DNA of 64,000 nt from Octopus vulgaris (lineage: Eukaryota): the NCBI GenBank assembly GCA_951406725.2, contig OX597816.1, forward strand, positions 157,170,001-157,234,000, in the 5' to 3' direction. Made by a program: the position numbers and the translations under genes. Position 1 is the stretch's first letter. Every line of letters starts with the position of its first letter. Positions 12,941 to 27,820 of this stretch are shown piece after piece. The notes under the pieces were generated by a model that worked only from the letters and a program-made list of their open reading frames with translations, ran no database searches and had not been told where the DNA came from.

Positions 12941-13277
12941 TGCAAAATTAACAGTCATAATATACGTAGGTTTCTCCTTTCCTTTTCTTCTATATCAACA
13001 TACGTACCATTAGAATCTAGCTAGCTTTAATTCCTTAAATTATAAATTTCAAATTTTTAATCTTTAATTTTTAATTTAAATTTTTAACTTTTAACTTTTA
13101 TTTTTTAAATTTTAATTCTTTAATTTGTTTCCTATATCCATTTAATTATAGTTTTATCCTATATATACCCTCTTGTATGTATGTATGCATGTCTACGTAA
13201 TATGTATATGTATATGTATGTATATATATATGTGTGTATGTGTGTGTATATATGTGTATGTATATATATATGTATAA

Positions 13278-13383
<106 letters not shown>

Positions 13384-13384
13384 A

Positions 13385-13805
13385 CATACAAAAATGGGAC
13401 GAGAACACAAAACATCCAGATAGATGGGTGACACAAAAAAGGGACAACAAAACATCCAAGCAGACGATACAAAGAAAAACAAGGACAGGTCATTCGGAGT
13501 TTTCTATCCTCAGTCGAGTTCCAGATTATCTTTGCAATTTCGGCTGGTTATACTCGAGATTGCTCCAATCTGGCCAGCCCAAGAAAAAAACTAAGCTAAG
13601 TGAATTAGTTTCCTTGGAAGAAAGCAGCGAATGTATACAAAAACAAGGACGCTGGCCAGATTGGAGTAATCTCGAGTATAACCAGCCGAAATTGCAAAGA
13701 TAATCTGGAACTCGACTGAGGATAGAAAACGCCGAATGGCCAGTCCTTGTTTACTTTGGATCGTCTGTTTGGATGTTTTGTGTTCTTGTCCAATTTTTGT
13801 ATTTT
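13385..13805. repeat. Long inverted repeat (Penelope pLTR-like palindrome) between (TA)n runs
   Basis: Arms about 13385-13578 and 13651-13805 are reverse complements; a CTGAGGA-TA-GAAA motif lies in each arm. Confidence 0.85.
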
Positions 13806-13843
13806 TATATATATAAAAGATAGCGGCATACGTACACTTTGTT

Positions 13844-13875
<32 letters not shown>

Positions 13876-14073
13876 TCCTCTCTCTTTCTCTCTTCCTCTC
13901 TCTTTCTCTCTTCCTCTCTCTTTCTCTCTTCCTCTCTCTCTCTCTCTCTTTATATATATATATATATATATATATAAACAACTTTTGTTTATATAAACAA
14001 CCTTTAAAGGTATTTTAATATGCAGGCCATTGATAACATTTTTTTTTCGAAAAATTTTATCCTACATTAGGTG

Positions 14074-14121
<48 letters not shown>

Positions 14122-14193
14122 GACAGAGACAGAGAGAGACAGACAGAGACTTACATATATATGCATGTTATATATGTATGCACATATATGAAA

Positions 14194-14287
14194 ACACACA
14201 CTCAGATGTACGCACTCACAAATACACACACTCAGATGTACGCACTCACAAATACACACACTCAGATGTACGCACTCACAAATACAC
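14194..14287. repeat. 30-bp minisatellite, 3 copies
   Basis: acacacactcagatgtacgcactcacaaat x3. Confidence 0.92.
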
Positions 14288-15344
14288 TTGATACGTATGT
14301 ATGTAATATGTTTAAGCACGCAAATTCTCAGATATGCACAAACACGTTTCTGTGTATGTGTATGCGTATGAATACATGTTTGTTTTAGTATATTCCATAT
14401 TGTATTGTGACATGCTATGTAATATGCTATGCTATACAATAACGTATATTATAACGTATTTTTAAATAATTGCAATTCAATCAATATACTCCAGTTAAAT
14501 AATACTGAATATGTAGTGTACCTTCAGTTGAAGTGAATTTTAATGTCTTTGGACCAGCCCCTCTTTTGATATTTCTAGATATTTCAATGTATTTGCAACT
14601 TAATTGATTCCATAAAGCTTTAAAAAATTATTCTTCAAAGATTTGATTTACGTTTGTAAAGTAAATCTTCAGCAGCTATATTGTTTGATGGATAAGTTCT
14701 CAATAATAGAAAGATAAAATGCTTAATCTAATAGCTTTCTAACATGACATAGTGAAGATCGAGCAAGAAACGTCATGTAGAAAACTTGTGAGTGGAAATC
14801 CTATTATATATTAAGAAAGAGCTTTTATCTCAAGTGCGTTTTTGAAAATATTTAATGTCGTTTTCTGACTGTATATGGAAGATTCAAAGAAATGTTTCAT
14901 CTTACATTGCTACACGCATAGATATACTTCGTAATATGCAGGTGTACGCACACGCCCACACGCACACATATACAAGCATGCCCTCACAACACAACACTCA
15001 AGCACACACGCATATATATATATATATATATATATATGCATATATCCTTATGTGTATAAAGCAAGCACACATATATGTATGCGTGTATAAGTGTATATCT
15101 ATAGTGTGTATATATTTGTACACTTGTGTTATAATCTGCGTGTGTGTATGTGTGTGTGTGTGTGTGTCAGTGTGTGTGTGTGTGTGCAGTGTGTGTGTGT
15201 GTGTGCAGTGTGACGATTGTTTGCAAAGACAAAGCGATTATAAGCAAGTATTTGTAGCGGTATACACGTTTAGAAACATCTTTCTACTTCTCTCTCAGCT
15301 TTACAACTCAGGTACTCTCTCTTATTTTTTCTAACGTATACGTA

Positions 15345-15437
15345 CATAGATAGATAGATAGATAGATACATACATACATACATACATACATACAACCATA
15401 CATACATACATACATACATACAAACATAGAGAGATGC

Positions 15438-15528
<91 letters not shown>

Positions 15529-15774
15529 TATGGATGGATGGATGGATGGATGTATGGATGGATTGATGGATGGGTGGATTGGTATGTAGGTAGGTAGATA
15601 TTGAGAGAGAGAGGCAGACAGACATTAGGCAGACACATAGAGAGACAGAGACAGGTAGGTATGTAGGTAGGTAGGTATGTAGGTAGGTAAGGAGTGGAGG
15701 TGGTATGTAGGTAGGTAGGTAAGTAGGTAGGTAGATAGGTAGGTATATGGATAGATAGATAGATAGATAAATAA

Positions 15775-15866
<92 letters not shown>

Positions 15867-15870
15867 GTAA
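15345..15870. repeat. Compound tetranucleotide microsatellite (GATA/CATA/GATG/GTAG)
   Basis: Direct reading. Confidence 0.95.
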
Positions 15871-16244
15871 GTAGGGAGGCAGACAGATATATACAGCGAT
15901 CTGTTTATACATACTTAAATCCAAATAATCATACAAATATTTATAGATATGCATACCTATATCCATATAGGTCAATGTCTGTGTATTTGTGTTTATACGT
16001 CTGTATGTCAATAAGCATGTGCAATTATATATTGGGATTTTGAACCAATCACTGAATCTCTGCATTGTGAATTGTAGCTACACTGGCTTAGTCAAGAGGA
16101 GAGGAGCGCGAAGGTCATAGGCAGAAGATGGTATTCGTGAATAATGAGGTTGATGCCAGTGGACTCGCTGCAGATCGATAACAGCAGAAGAAATATGAGC
16201 AGGGAAATAAATGCAGGAGGCTGAAGTTCGGACGAATATCCTTG

Positions 16245-16593
16245 ATTTCTACATTATTTACATTATTTACATTCGACGGATATTTGTCCTCATCTTGTTT
16301 GTTGTTAACACAATGTTCCTGCTGATATACCCTCCAGCCTTCTTCAGGTGTCTTGGGGAAATTTCGAACCTGGATTCTCATTATTGTTGTTGTTGTAGTA
16401 GTTGTTGTCGTTGTTGTTGTTGTTGTTGTAGTTGTTGTTCTTGTTCTTGTTCTTGCTGAGGTCGCTGCTTGGAATCGAACTCGAAATCTTGGGGTTAGTA
16501 GCCCGCGTTCTTAGCCACTACGTCATATGCGCCAAGATTCCGAGTTCGATTCCAAGCAGTGACCTGAACAATAACAATAATAATAATAATAGC

Positions 16594-16640
<47 letters not shown>

Positions 16641-16832
16641 CAACAACAACAACAACAACATCGAAAAATACCTTAGGAATGAGAACCCAGGTTCAAAAAT
16701 CCCCCAAGACTCCTGATGAAGTCTGGAGGGTATATCAGCCGAAACATTGTGCTAACAACAAACAAGATGAGGACAAATATCCGTCGAATGTAAATAATGT
16801 ACATAATTCTTCATCTCTTAAATAAAGAACTG
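16245..16832. mobile_element. Palindromic composite element: tRNA-like head + (AAT/AAC)n + hammerhead-bearing tail, two divergent copies
   Basis: Minus-strand tRNA-like head 16459-16531; partial plus copy 16532-16565; tails about 16245-16382 and 16678-16805 are reverse complements. Confidence 0.8.
16707..16752 (+). ncRNA. Minimal hammerhead ribozyme motif, partly decayed
   Basis: CTGATGA-a-gtctg..cagcc-GAAA-CA-TT-gtg; the other arm supplies ggctg/cagc for stem II and acac/gtgt for stem I. Confidence 0.62.
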
Positions 16833-17236
16833 TTTCCTGGACTTCTGCTTAATGAGTGGAAAAGGTATGGGCGCTATGTGGTTGACAGGGATCAGTGAAT
16901 GTTGACTGTGTTTGACAGTGACTCGTATAGCTAGCTTACAGTAACAGAAACCACTGCATTATTGCAGAGAAAGCATGGGAAATACTTGTCTGTGTGTCAT
17001 AGGTCAATGTGTGCTTTGAGCGTTTTCAAGCCAGGCAGCCGAATGGTCTTGTAGCAGAACTGTCTCAGATGTGAGAGCAATATTCTACAGTGGATTTCAC
17101 ATGAAGTTTAAGATTAATAGTTGCTGAGCTCTACAGTATTTTCAAGATTTTCAGAAAGATACATGACCGATCTGTTCTGCTAGGCAGAGATGCTATCTGG
17201 TCAGATATGCTTTGACGGTTAAATATTTCTATTACA

Positions 17237-17347
<111 letters not shown>

Positions 17348-17566
17348 AAAATATTAGGGAATAAATCCAAACTTACAGGGAAAAATCAGATTTAGGATTA
17401 AATCCAATTTTATAGTAAAATATTATATTATATTAAATTAGAGATAAAACCACTATTAGGCAAATCAAACAATGAAAAACTTAAGCCAATACATAAAATT
17501 AATTAATTTATATTATTTTAAATAAATATCAAAAGTATTAAAAGTTTAATAAAAGATAATGAGTAA

Positions 17567-17640
17567 AACACTACGATCGTTTCATGGCTGTCCAATTCGT
17601 AATAATTCGAGTTATGGTTACAGTCAATCTTCAGGTAATT
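17567..17640 (-). ncRNA. Type I hammerhead ribozyme motif
   Basis: Minus strand attac-CTGAAGA-tgactgt...acagcca-GAAA-CGATCG (palindrome)-TA-gtgtt; GUA triplet. Confidence 0.8.
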
Positions 17641-17849
17641 GAAATATTTATCTTAGCGAGGTTTAGCAATATATAAGAAGCGCACTCTAAGTTATAGAGC
17701 GATCGTGATAAAGATATTCATGGTTGGTCTGTGACCTCTCTAGAAAATGGAAGGAGAAAAAATTTCGTTACTGGTTGTTGACCACATGGGCAAGGTAGAG
17801 GGATTGTTTTCCTTAGACTTCAATCCGTAATCGGCCCTGTTTGTTGGTG

Positions 17850-18185
17850 GGACCCAGAACTTCAATATGAATCTCCTGGAATGTAAGCAGGGTCCAAAGA
17901 CTTCCGTCCTGGAGTTTAGGATGTTTTCTGGTTCGAGGGACTTCTTTAATATCTTCGTCCGTTCAGCTAAGCACAGCTTACAACGCTTGCTCTCATTGAT
18001 GTAGAGGCCTAGTTTTTCTGGGACCTTCTATGAAATTATGTGTGGAGCGCCTTCGTTTTTCAGCTGCCATACATGGTTGGCTAAGAATGTAGCGTGTTTC
18101 TTCTCAGAGATTTTGAATGAGGATGTGTTGTTGGAGAGGCGCTCCTTGAATGTGTTTCCGGAACATCCGGTGTATCGTCGTGTAC
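17850..18185 (-). mobile_element. Penelope-like GIY-YIG endonuclease fragment
   Basis: Minus strand RRYTGCSGNTFKERLSN..SF..HATFLANHVWQLK..CKLCLAE..ILNSRTEVFGPCLH. Confidence 0.8.
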
Positions 18186-18469
18186 TGCTGCTGGTGACTA
18201 TGCTTCTGTTAATGTTGACGTGCTACTACTGCAGCAGCACCATCGCCAATGATAACAACAATAACAACGACAACAGCCACCACGATAGCGCCGATAACAG
18301 CTCCAACTGCAACAACGATTGCTATAGTAGCACTGAGAGTGCCAACACCAACAACGCCACTGATGATGTCCCCTATGCCAGCATTAAGGAAGCCAGCATC
18401 TACACCAACACCAACAACACCAGCAACAGTATAAGTGTCAGTGTCAACAGAAACAGCGTCATCAGCAGT

Positions 18470-18655
18470 AGTACACGAAGATACACCGAATGTTCCGGAA
18501 ACACATTCAAGCAGCGCCTCTCCAATCACAGATCCTCATTCAGGATCCCGGATAGGAGATACGCTAAGTTCTTAGCCAGCCATGCAAGGCAGCTGAAAGA
18601 CGACGAAGGAACTCCATACGTAATCTCGTGGGAGATGCTAGAAAAACCAGATCAA
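18470..18655 (+). mobile_element. Second, inverted Penelope GIY-YIG fragment
   Basis: RRYTECSGNTFKQRLSNHRSSF..FLASHARQLK..ISWEMLEK inside ORF 18038..18712. Confidence 0.78.
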
Positions 18656-18809
18656 TGGGAGCAAGAGTTTTTAAACGCAAATGATAGCGATCAATGCAGG
18701 GTTCCATACTAATATGAAAGTAGATGGAGGTAGAATATTATTTGATCCTAAATCCATTGCTTTTTTTAAAGTTTTTTTATTTTTTGTTTTCATGCATTAT
18801 CTTTTTGTT

Positions 18810-19095
18810 ATCTTTTACTTGTTTCAGTCAATTGATTTCACCTATGCTGGAGCATCGCCTTCAGGGGATTTTTAGTCCAATAAATCAACCCTAGTACTTA
18901 ATATATCGCTCTCTTTTTGCCCGACTTCTAAGCTACGAGGACGTAAATACACCAACACCGGTTGTCACGCGATGGTGGCGTACAAACACAAATACAAAGA
19001 TGCATACTCACACATAGATACACACACACACATATATATAATACACACACACATATATATATATAGTGTGTGTGTGCGTGGTGTGTGTGTGTGAG

Positions 19096-19191
<96 letters not shown>

Positions 19192-19488
19192 GTATTAAAA
19201 TAAGGATTCAGATAGAATCAGATACTTGAAAAGATTGCACCATGTAGGGCTGGATGAACCTGTTATTCCGTCCATGTTTCGTAAATATCACATAGAATAC
19301 TCCGGTTGTGTACACAGAGAATAACCAAACCTATGAGTATTTAGCGCCTAGGGGCTGGTCCAAATTACACGTTACGTTGGATAGTCTGTTTTTGGTACAC
19401 TGTAGGGTGTTCGACAAGTTGTAAATACTCTTGGTATATTATAATCATATGAATAACATACGACGGATAATTGTCAGCTTATTCATTT

Positions 19489-19579
<91 letters not shown>

Positions 19580-19757
19580 CGTGTGTGTGTGTGTGCGCGC
19601 GTATATATATACGATAGGCTTCTTTCAGATTCGGTCTACCAAATCCACTCCCAAGGCTCTGGTCGGTCCGAGGCTATCGTAGAAGACAGTTATCTAAGGT
19701 GCGACAGAGTCGGACTGAACTCGGGCCCATGTGGTTTGTAAGCAAGCTTTTCACCAT
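18810..19757 (-). mobile_element. SINE family A, diverged, with expanded internal microsatellite and an extra ~300-bp insert
   Basis: Tail half at about 18810-18990 and head half at about 19610-19757 match the other family A copies. Confidence 0.75.
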
Positions 19758-20119
19758 AAATCCACTATATTATTGTTTTGATTCCCGTTTTACTTATGTT
19801 TACCAGTGACCTCGCAATATATAAGGTTTCTCAGAGTGACTCATAATATTATTGAATATTATCGAATATTACTGAATATCAAAATAGATATAGAGATCGA
19901 GTGATTTCTACATTTGGGATTAGTCTCTCAAGTATAAATTCGCTTATATTACCGACGTCAATCTAACGGTATTAATTAATGAGGTGGGTGGCAATTTAGA
20001 TAAACATTTAAAGCATAAATTGCGGTATTACGGCCTCATTTTAAGTAACGATACCATCACAATTTTAAATACTCAGATCTGTCAAGTCGGCGTTCTAACA
20101 GAGTCATTAGTACTCCGAA

Positions 20120-20320
20120 ATGCCTAGTGACATTTCGTCTGTCTATAAGTTCTGAATTCAAATTCCTTCGAGATCGACTTTGCCTTTCATACTTTCGACA
20201 TCGACTTTGCCTTTCATACTTTCGACATCGATAATGTTAGTACTAGTGGAGCACTGAATTCGATGTAATCAGCTTACCCCTCCCCAGAAATTGTTGGCTT
20301 TGTTTCAATATTTAAATCCA
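20120..20320 (+). mobile_element. SINE family C, degenerate, with a 27-bp internal duplication
   Basis: tcgactttgcctttcatactttcgaca occurs twice; family C core. Confidence 0.65.
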
Positions 20321-21587
20321 ATATTCAGTTATTTTGAAACCTTCAATCCGCTGTGTGAACGTTCCTTAAACAAAAATCTTTTATGATATTCAGTTTTGGC
20401 AGAGTGTTAAACACAGTATTTGAAACGTTTGTAGTCTAATTGATGTAGGTTTCTAGTTTTAAAGAACTGTATGTTGTTGGAATCGTAAACTGGTATTTTG
20501 ATCTCTTTGTAAGATATTACAGATTTCACTACATAAAAATTTTATATTTTCAGGCATGAGAAAAATTCTTAGTCAGGTAACTTGAACAATATGTCGCTGG
20601 GTGGACGTTCAAGGGATTTAAATATGGCGTTGGGTTTGTCGTTCGACTTATATTTTAAATTGTATGCCCACCATTGTAATGTTGTAAGAAATAAAAATGT
20701 GTTAAGTTGAAATAGTTTGAACAAAATCTGTCTTGGAAGATATTGAGAAGCTTTTAGTTGATGTATCACTAAATTGCCTTAACATATTTCTTTTAAAGTG
20801 ATTCACATTAGGAGGGTGTAACGTTGTTGCTGATATAGTTCGTGAACGACGTTTAATGCGGCCTATGCAAATGACAAGGCTCCGATAAGCGGAATACACA
20901 TACACACACACACATGCTACATATGTATGTAGCTTAAATATACCCATTCCACTCTTTATAAATTGTGGACTTTTATTCGCATTTTTAGCCACATTAATTT
21001 CTGTTAGTTGTATATATGTAGGATCTAGGGATCCGACTATAGGAAGTTAATTAGCTTCAAGCGACGGGAAGCTATAATAGAGAGAACAAAAAGTGGACAG
21101 TACAGGATTAAATAAAAATTCATTAAGACCGTGGCATATCGAAGTTCCCGTATCGAAGCTGCGAGGAATTTCGATTAGCTGTTGCTTCCATACAACTAAC
21201 AGTATGAGGAATCAAATTTTTAAGTGCTTAGGGCCTCTAAACATCTTAATCTCACCCTGGTGGCGATGCACCGAAAAGTGAAGTAAGGTTACAACTTAGG
21301 TAAGCTATAGCAAACTTTGCACTTAGACCTACAAAAAGAGACGTAAAATCTACTCTAATTCATTCGGTCCGGCATTCTTACCGCCAATCCATTGTTTTAG
21401 ATTCGTATATATTTTATCAACTCCGATTTAAATAAGTCAAAACGTCCTTTTCCTTTTACTAACAGACTCTGCCACTTTTCCAGCCGACATCACAGCTTTT
21501 AGCCAATACTTTCGTTTCTAAGGTGCCTTCTAGTCATCCCATTCCTGTAATAACTGAAATAAAATTTCTATGTATAAAACATCACCT

Positions 21588-21979
21588 ATTTTTTTATTGT
21601 TTTATTTGTTTCAGTCATTTGACTGCGGCCATGCTGGAGCACCGCCTTTAGTCGAGCAAATCGACACCAGGACATATTCTTTGTAAGCCTAGTACTTATT
21701 CCATCGGTCACTCTTGTCGAAACTCTAAGTGACGGGGACGTAAACACACCAGCATCGGTTGTCAAGTGATGTTGGGGGGATAAACACAGACACACAAACA
21801 TATATATATATATACGACGGGCTTCTTTCAGTTTCCGTCTACCAAATTCACTCACAAGGCTTTGGTCGGCCCGAGGCTATAGTAGAAGACACTTGCCCAA
21901 GGTGCCGCGCAGTGGGACTGAACCCGGAACCATGTGGTTGGTAAACAAGCTACTTTACCACACAGCCACTCCTACGCCT
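21588..21979 (-). mobile_element. SINE family A, full length
   Basis: Complete reverse-complement match to head, internal (TA)n and tail. Confidence 0.92.
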
Positions 21980-22229
21980 AATTTCTAATTTTCTAACGTC
22001 CAAATTTCTTTTCAATAACCTTAAATAGTCTTATTTATTACCTCTTTTTCATTTTCTTATTGGTTCTATTTACAATCTTAGGTTATGTATATGGATTCTC
22101 TGTGTGTACATGTATGTAAGTATGTATGTATGTATGTATGTATGTATGTATGTATGTATGTATGTATGTATGTATGTATGTATGTATGTATGCTTGTGTG
22201 GGTATGTTTATGCACTTGTGCTCGTGTTT

Positions 22230-22570
22230 TTATATGTATAATAAACACATTTTATTCCCAATATTATAGGAGTGGGCTCTACCTATAAAACTCCTGTTAT
22301 GGGTGTACTCTCTTTTTCTGGATTTTAATTCCCATATATATTTTCTTAAGCCTGTGAACTTACTTAAATTTGGATTTTTAAAGGTCTGGTAATGTTGGGA
22401 TATTCTTTTTTCAATTTCATTAGCTGTTGATCCACTATAAACCTTATCTATAATTTTAATTTTTTTGTTCTTAGAGCTAACTATACATTTATAAATTACA
22501 TTATCGATATTACAATTATTAGAGACCTTACATTTAGTCTTATCACGACATGAACATTTTTCTATACATT
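22230..22570 (-). mobile_element. Penelope-like (Neptune-type) GIY-YIG endonuclease fragment
   Basis: KCSCRDKTKC..NNC..VIYKC...VYSGSTANEIEKRISQH..F..TGLRKYIWELK. Confidence 0.85.
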
Positions 22571-22663
22571 GATTAAGAAATCTATATATATATGTATGTA
22601 TGCGTGTGTCTTTGTATGTATTTATATGTATGTACATATGCATGTACATTTGTGTGTATATGA

Positions 22664-22704
<41 letters not shown>

Positions 22705-22847
22705 TATTTATTTATTTATATATATGTACATGTGTGTGCATGTACAGGTATGCGCATGTTTATGTTCTATGCATGTGTTTGTAGGAATGTGTATGTATAT
22801 ATGTGTGTATATATGTATATGTTTATATATATATATATGTATGTATA

Positions 22848-22891
<44 letters not shown>

Positions 22892-23267
22892 TGTACATCT
22901 TATGTGAATACGTACTTCTTTATTTTACTTGCATCTTTCCGCATACTTGTATGTATATGTGTGTGTGTGTGTATGCATGTGTTGTGTATGTATATGTGTA
23001 TCACTGTATATCCTAATGTGTTGTGTGAATACGTTTTCTCTATCACTTGTAAATTTATAATCTTCTCCTTCATATATACGTTCTTGTTCCTACTATTTTC
23101 TGATTGTCTCCCCTACTCCAGTCTACTTTTTGAGGAAGGTAACTCTCTTGAATACACGGCCGGTCTTGTCTGTGATCGATGTTTTTTCTTAAGTTCTCTT
23201 TTTTCACTTAAATATTGTAACTTAGTCTTGCCTGTCATTTTTAGCCTCGTGTAATATATATATATAT

Positions 23268-23494
23268 CGGAGTAAACACATAAATGTGAAACAAGGTGGA
23301 AAAAAGAGTACTCAAATACCAGTGGTAGAGTAATATGCTTTATTCAAAGCAGCAGAAAATTCGACAAAACCTGTTACTCTGAGTTTCCCGTTGCCGTTCG
23401 TCGGACAGTTTTTGCTAGAAAAAACTGTCCGACGAACGGCAACGGAAACTCAGAGTAACAGGTTTTGTTGAATGTTCTGCTGCTTTGAATAAAG
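23268..23494. mobile_element. Asymmetric palindromic mini-element with a hammerhead in each arm, in (TA)n
   Basis: Arms 23338-23413 and 23420-23494; aaaaactgt-CCGACGA-acggcaacg-GAAA-CTCAGAG-TA-acaggtttt. Confidence 0.85.
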
Positions 23495-23540
23495 TATATA
23501 TATATATATATAATTAAAAATGAGGGTGTCTCAAAGACAC

Positions 23541-23590
<50 letters not shown>

Positions 23591-24356
23591 TCGTTTTTCA
23601 ATATTAATATATATATATGTATAACTCTCTGTGGGTTTTTCCTGCTAGTGCACTTGTTACGTTATATTCTACTATATTCTACTATAATGTAAACGTGGCC
23701 CTATTTACATTATACTTCGTCTCGACCTGTTATCACTTTTTTTTTAATCCGTTAGATTTTTATTCTTATTTTTATTTTATAGTTTACTGCTCATTTACAC
23801 GTGCATACACATTGATATGTCTGTCTTTTTTTCTCTTTCGTCACTCTCACTATTATTATTACTGCTATTTTTTCCCTTTTCACTATTGTTTTCCCTTTTA
23901 CAACTTACTTGTAAATATCCGATTTTTTCCAATTAACCCATTTGTATTCTGTCTTATTGTATCTTACGTTAATTTACATTATTTCATTGAACCTTTTTTG
24001 ATGCCCTTCCAAAAATTCATCACACTGATTGGAGTGACAGTACATAAATATAGTTATAATTACTATGATTATAATTTTTTCTTACATATTTGTATTGACC
24101 TTTGAAACACGCGTATCTATTAAATCTAATTTTGATTCAACACCTTTTTCTCCTCCATTTTTCTAAAATTGTTTATGGTATATTTATACCTATAACGATA
24201 TTTTTCAACTACTATTTTCATATTCTTATTACTTGCTCTGGCTGTTTTTTTATGGACATGGTGAATCTTTATTAGAAATCACTCTTTCTCTCTTTTTGAA
24301 CCTCTCAAAAAAATTTTATTGTTCTGTTTTGAACTTATTTTTCCCATATATATATA

Positions 24357-24414
<58 letters not shown>

Positions 24415-26594
24415 TGTGTATGTATACGAAACTAAAAACAAATCGAAAATGCACTAAACCATTTTTTGTAAAATAAATTATCACATTGTATTATTAAATA
24501 TATTTCTATTGATTTCGGTATACAATCATATCAACAACGATCAACAAAAGTAATACGCAGATTCCCGCCGGTTTCAAATCAAATTAATTATTTTCTTGTT
24601 TACAGCTAATTTTATTTAGTGTCTTACACAAAATCTAAAATAAAAGAAAACCCATAGACTCCTATTGTTTTATCACAATAATAATTCGAAAATGTAATCA
24701 CTAGACTCCTATAGGACAGAATGACATATTTTATAGAACGCGAATAAGTCAGTCAAGTTCCGTAATAAACTTATGTCAACAAATTCACAAAGAATTTTAC
24801 TTCGGCCGCTATTTGTCTGAAAATTGCAATTTTTGTATTTATACTTGTGGTTCCATTGTTGAATTACTACACTGTTGATAACTAATATGCGGTAATTTTC
24901 AGGAAACTTTAGATCGCATAGTTACAAATATTTCTTTTTCATAGTTATTCTCTTTGTGAATGGCTGCATTATTTCCTTATATTTTAGTGTCATTTTCTTA
25001 CCAAACGTTTCAACATTCTGGCCAATACAAGGTTCTCGGCGAACTTTGCATGATTTAGGATTTTATGATAATGATTTAAGATTTAATGACCGGGAAAAAA
25101 TTAATATTGATATTTGAGTCCTCTTTGACATACATCTCAGAAACGCTTTGTAAATAAATGCATACATCAAGATTATGTCAGTTATATTTTCTGGTCTATT
25201 TCCCAAGATTTTGTATGTAGGTTTGTGTGAACTTCTACTTTTTGCTTGATATTTTCCTTCAATGACTGGATTTTTTTCAATTAAATTTTCATCTTTTGAC
25301 CTCAAAAACATAGAGGTAGGATTTGAGGATAATTACCATACATTTCGCTGTCATTTACATTGAGAGTTGGCGCATACATCATGGTATTTTTCAAGCTTAT
25401 ATGAGGTTCCACAGCATCAATTTGTTTCGCTTTTTCAGTTCCGTTATTGATCAACTTGAAAAGCTATTTTGTTTTAATAATTATATCTCTCTTTCACTAT
25501 TTGAGACATTTAAGACTCTTGAACAGTTTTGTTTTCCTAAGAGATATGGAATATTTACACGATTCACACATTGTCACTCCAAATTCTCATTATCAAAACC
25601 TAAACACTTAAAATATATGATTATTTAATTAAATTGCAGCTATTCGAGTTCATTTCAAATTACATGATAATGAAGAATAATATCGTAAACGACATTTCTA
25701 AGAGTGGATTTTATCGCGTTCCTAATTACATTATGATTCCTAAATGGACCAATTTATAAGCTAAGTATAAATTACTTAAGATTTTACACTACAAAACTGT
25801 ACAGAAGACTCTCTGATTTTATATATCTTTCAAATTATGCAGACGCCTGTGTACTCATGAATCAGTACATTTTGAGTACTTTATTGTAGATGCGTTGCTG
25901 GTAAAAGTTGCATTAAATTTGTAGTCGGGAAATTTGCGAATGAGTACAGCGACACGACGTACGCTCATCCATTTGAGTGAGTGTTTGAGTCAATGGAAGA
26001 TTGCACGGTATATGTCTTCTTACACACACACGCTTATATATATAAATACATGTATAGTTATATTTATGCGTGTGTATAAATATATGAATGTGAGCCAGTA
26101 TGAAAGTAAATAATTTTTACATAATATAATTTACATTATATAACGATGCCGATTTGTCAATGGGAAAATACGTACACATCTAAATATATTTATTTTAATG
26201 GAAATGATAACGTTTTTCTGTTACATAAAATTTTGAATGTAAAGCAACTTGTTTTTCGGCGCATATATAAGACACGAATGTAGAGGAAATTATCGTAAAA
26301 TTATTGAAATCTCTAAAACATGAAAACTATAAAGCCTCAGGTTTTGTAGAAAATTACTGCTGTATCTCTTTGTTATGCATTCAAAAAAATAATTATTTCC
26401 TACATTTCATTAATATTTGAGATATTATACATTTCTGAGATATTTTACATATATATACATGTATGTATGTATGTACGTATATATATATAAGCGTGTGCGA
26501 GATTTTTATATATATGTAAATAGATATGTGTGCATATGCGCGCACGTTCTATTGCATATACGTGTGTGTGTCTGTATGCGTCGGTGTTTCTGTG

Positions 26595-27617
<1,023 letters not shown>

Positions 27618-27655
27618 TGAATATATGTATATATATACATATATGTATATACATA

Positions 27656-27693
<38 letters not shown>

Positions 27694-27820
27694 ATTTAAA
27701 CAATGAGGGTGATAAATTGAATATTAATTTAATTGACATCAATTTAGAACGAGTGGCTTAGCAAATAGATAAATCTGAAAATTCAGAAAAAAATTGTATT
27801 ACATGCGTATAAGAAGAGAC

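Noticed and set aside
16459-16531. Functional tRNA-Ser(ACT) gene
   Set aside because: No acceptor stem or long variable arm, and it is embedded in a repeat; treated as a SINE head
18038-18712. 224-aa ORF as a host gene
   Set aside because: Composite of antisense Penelope, (AAC)-rich spacer and sense Penelope fragment
19196-19490. Additional hammerheads here and near 23125-23170
   Set aside because: Cores too degenerate and stems do not close
24460-26450. Host terminal exon or UTR in repeat-poor sequence
   Set aside because: No recognisable protein motif or convincing exon structure
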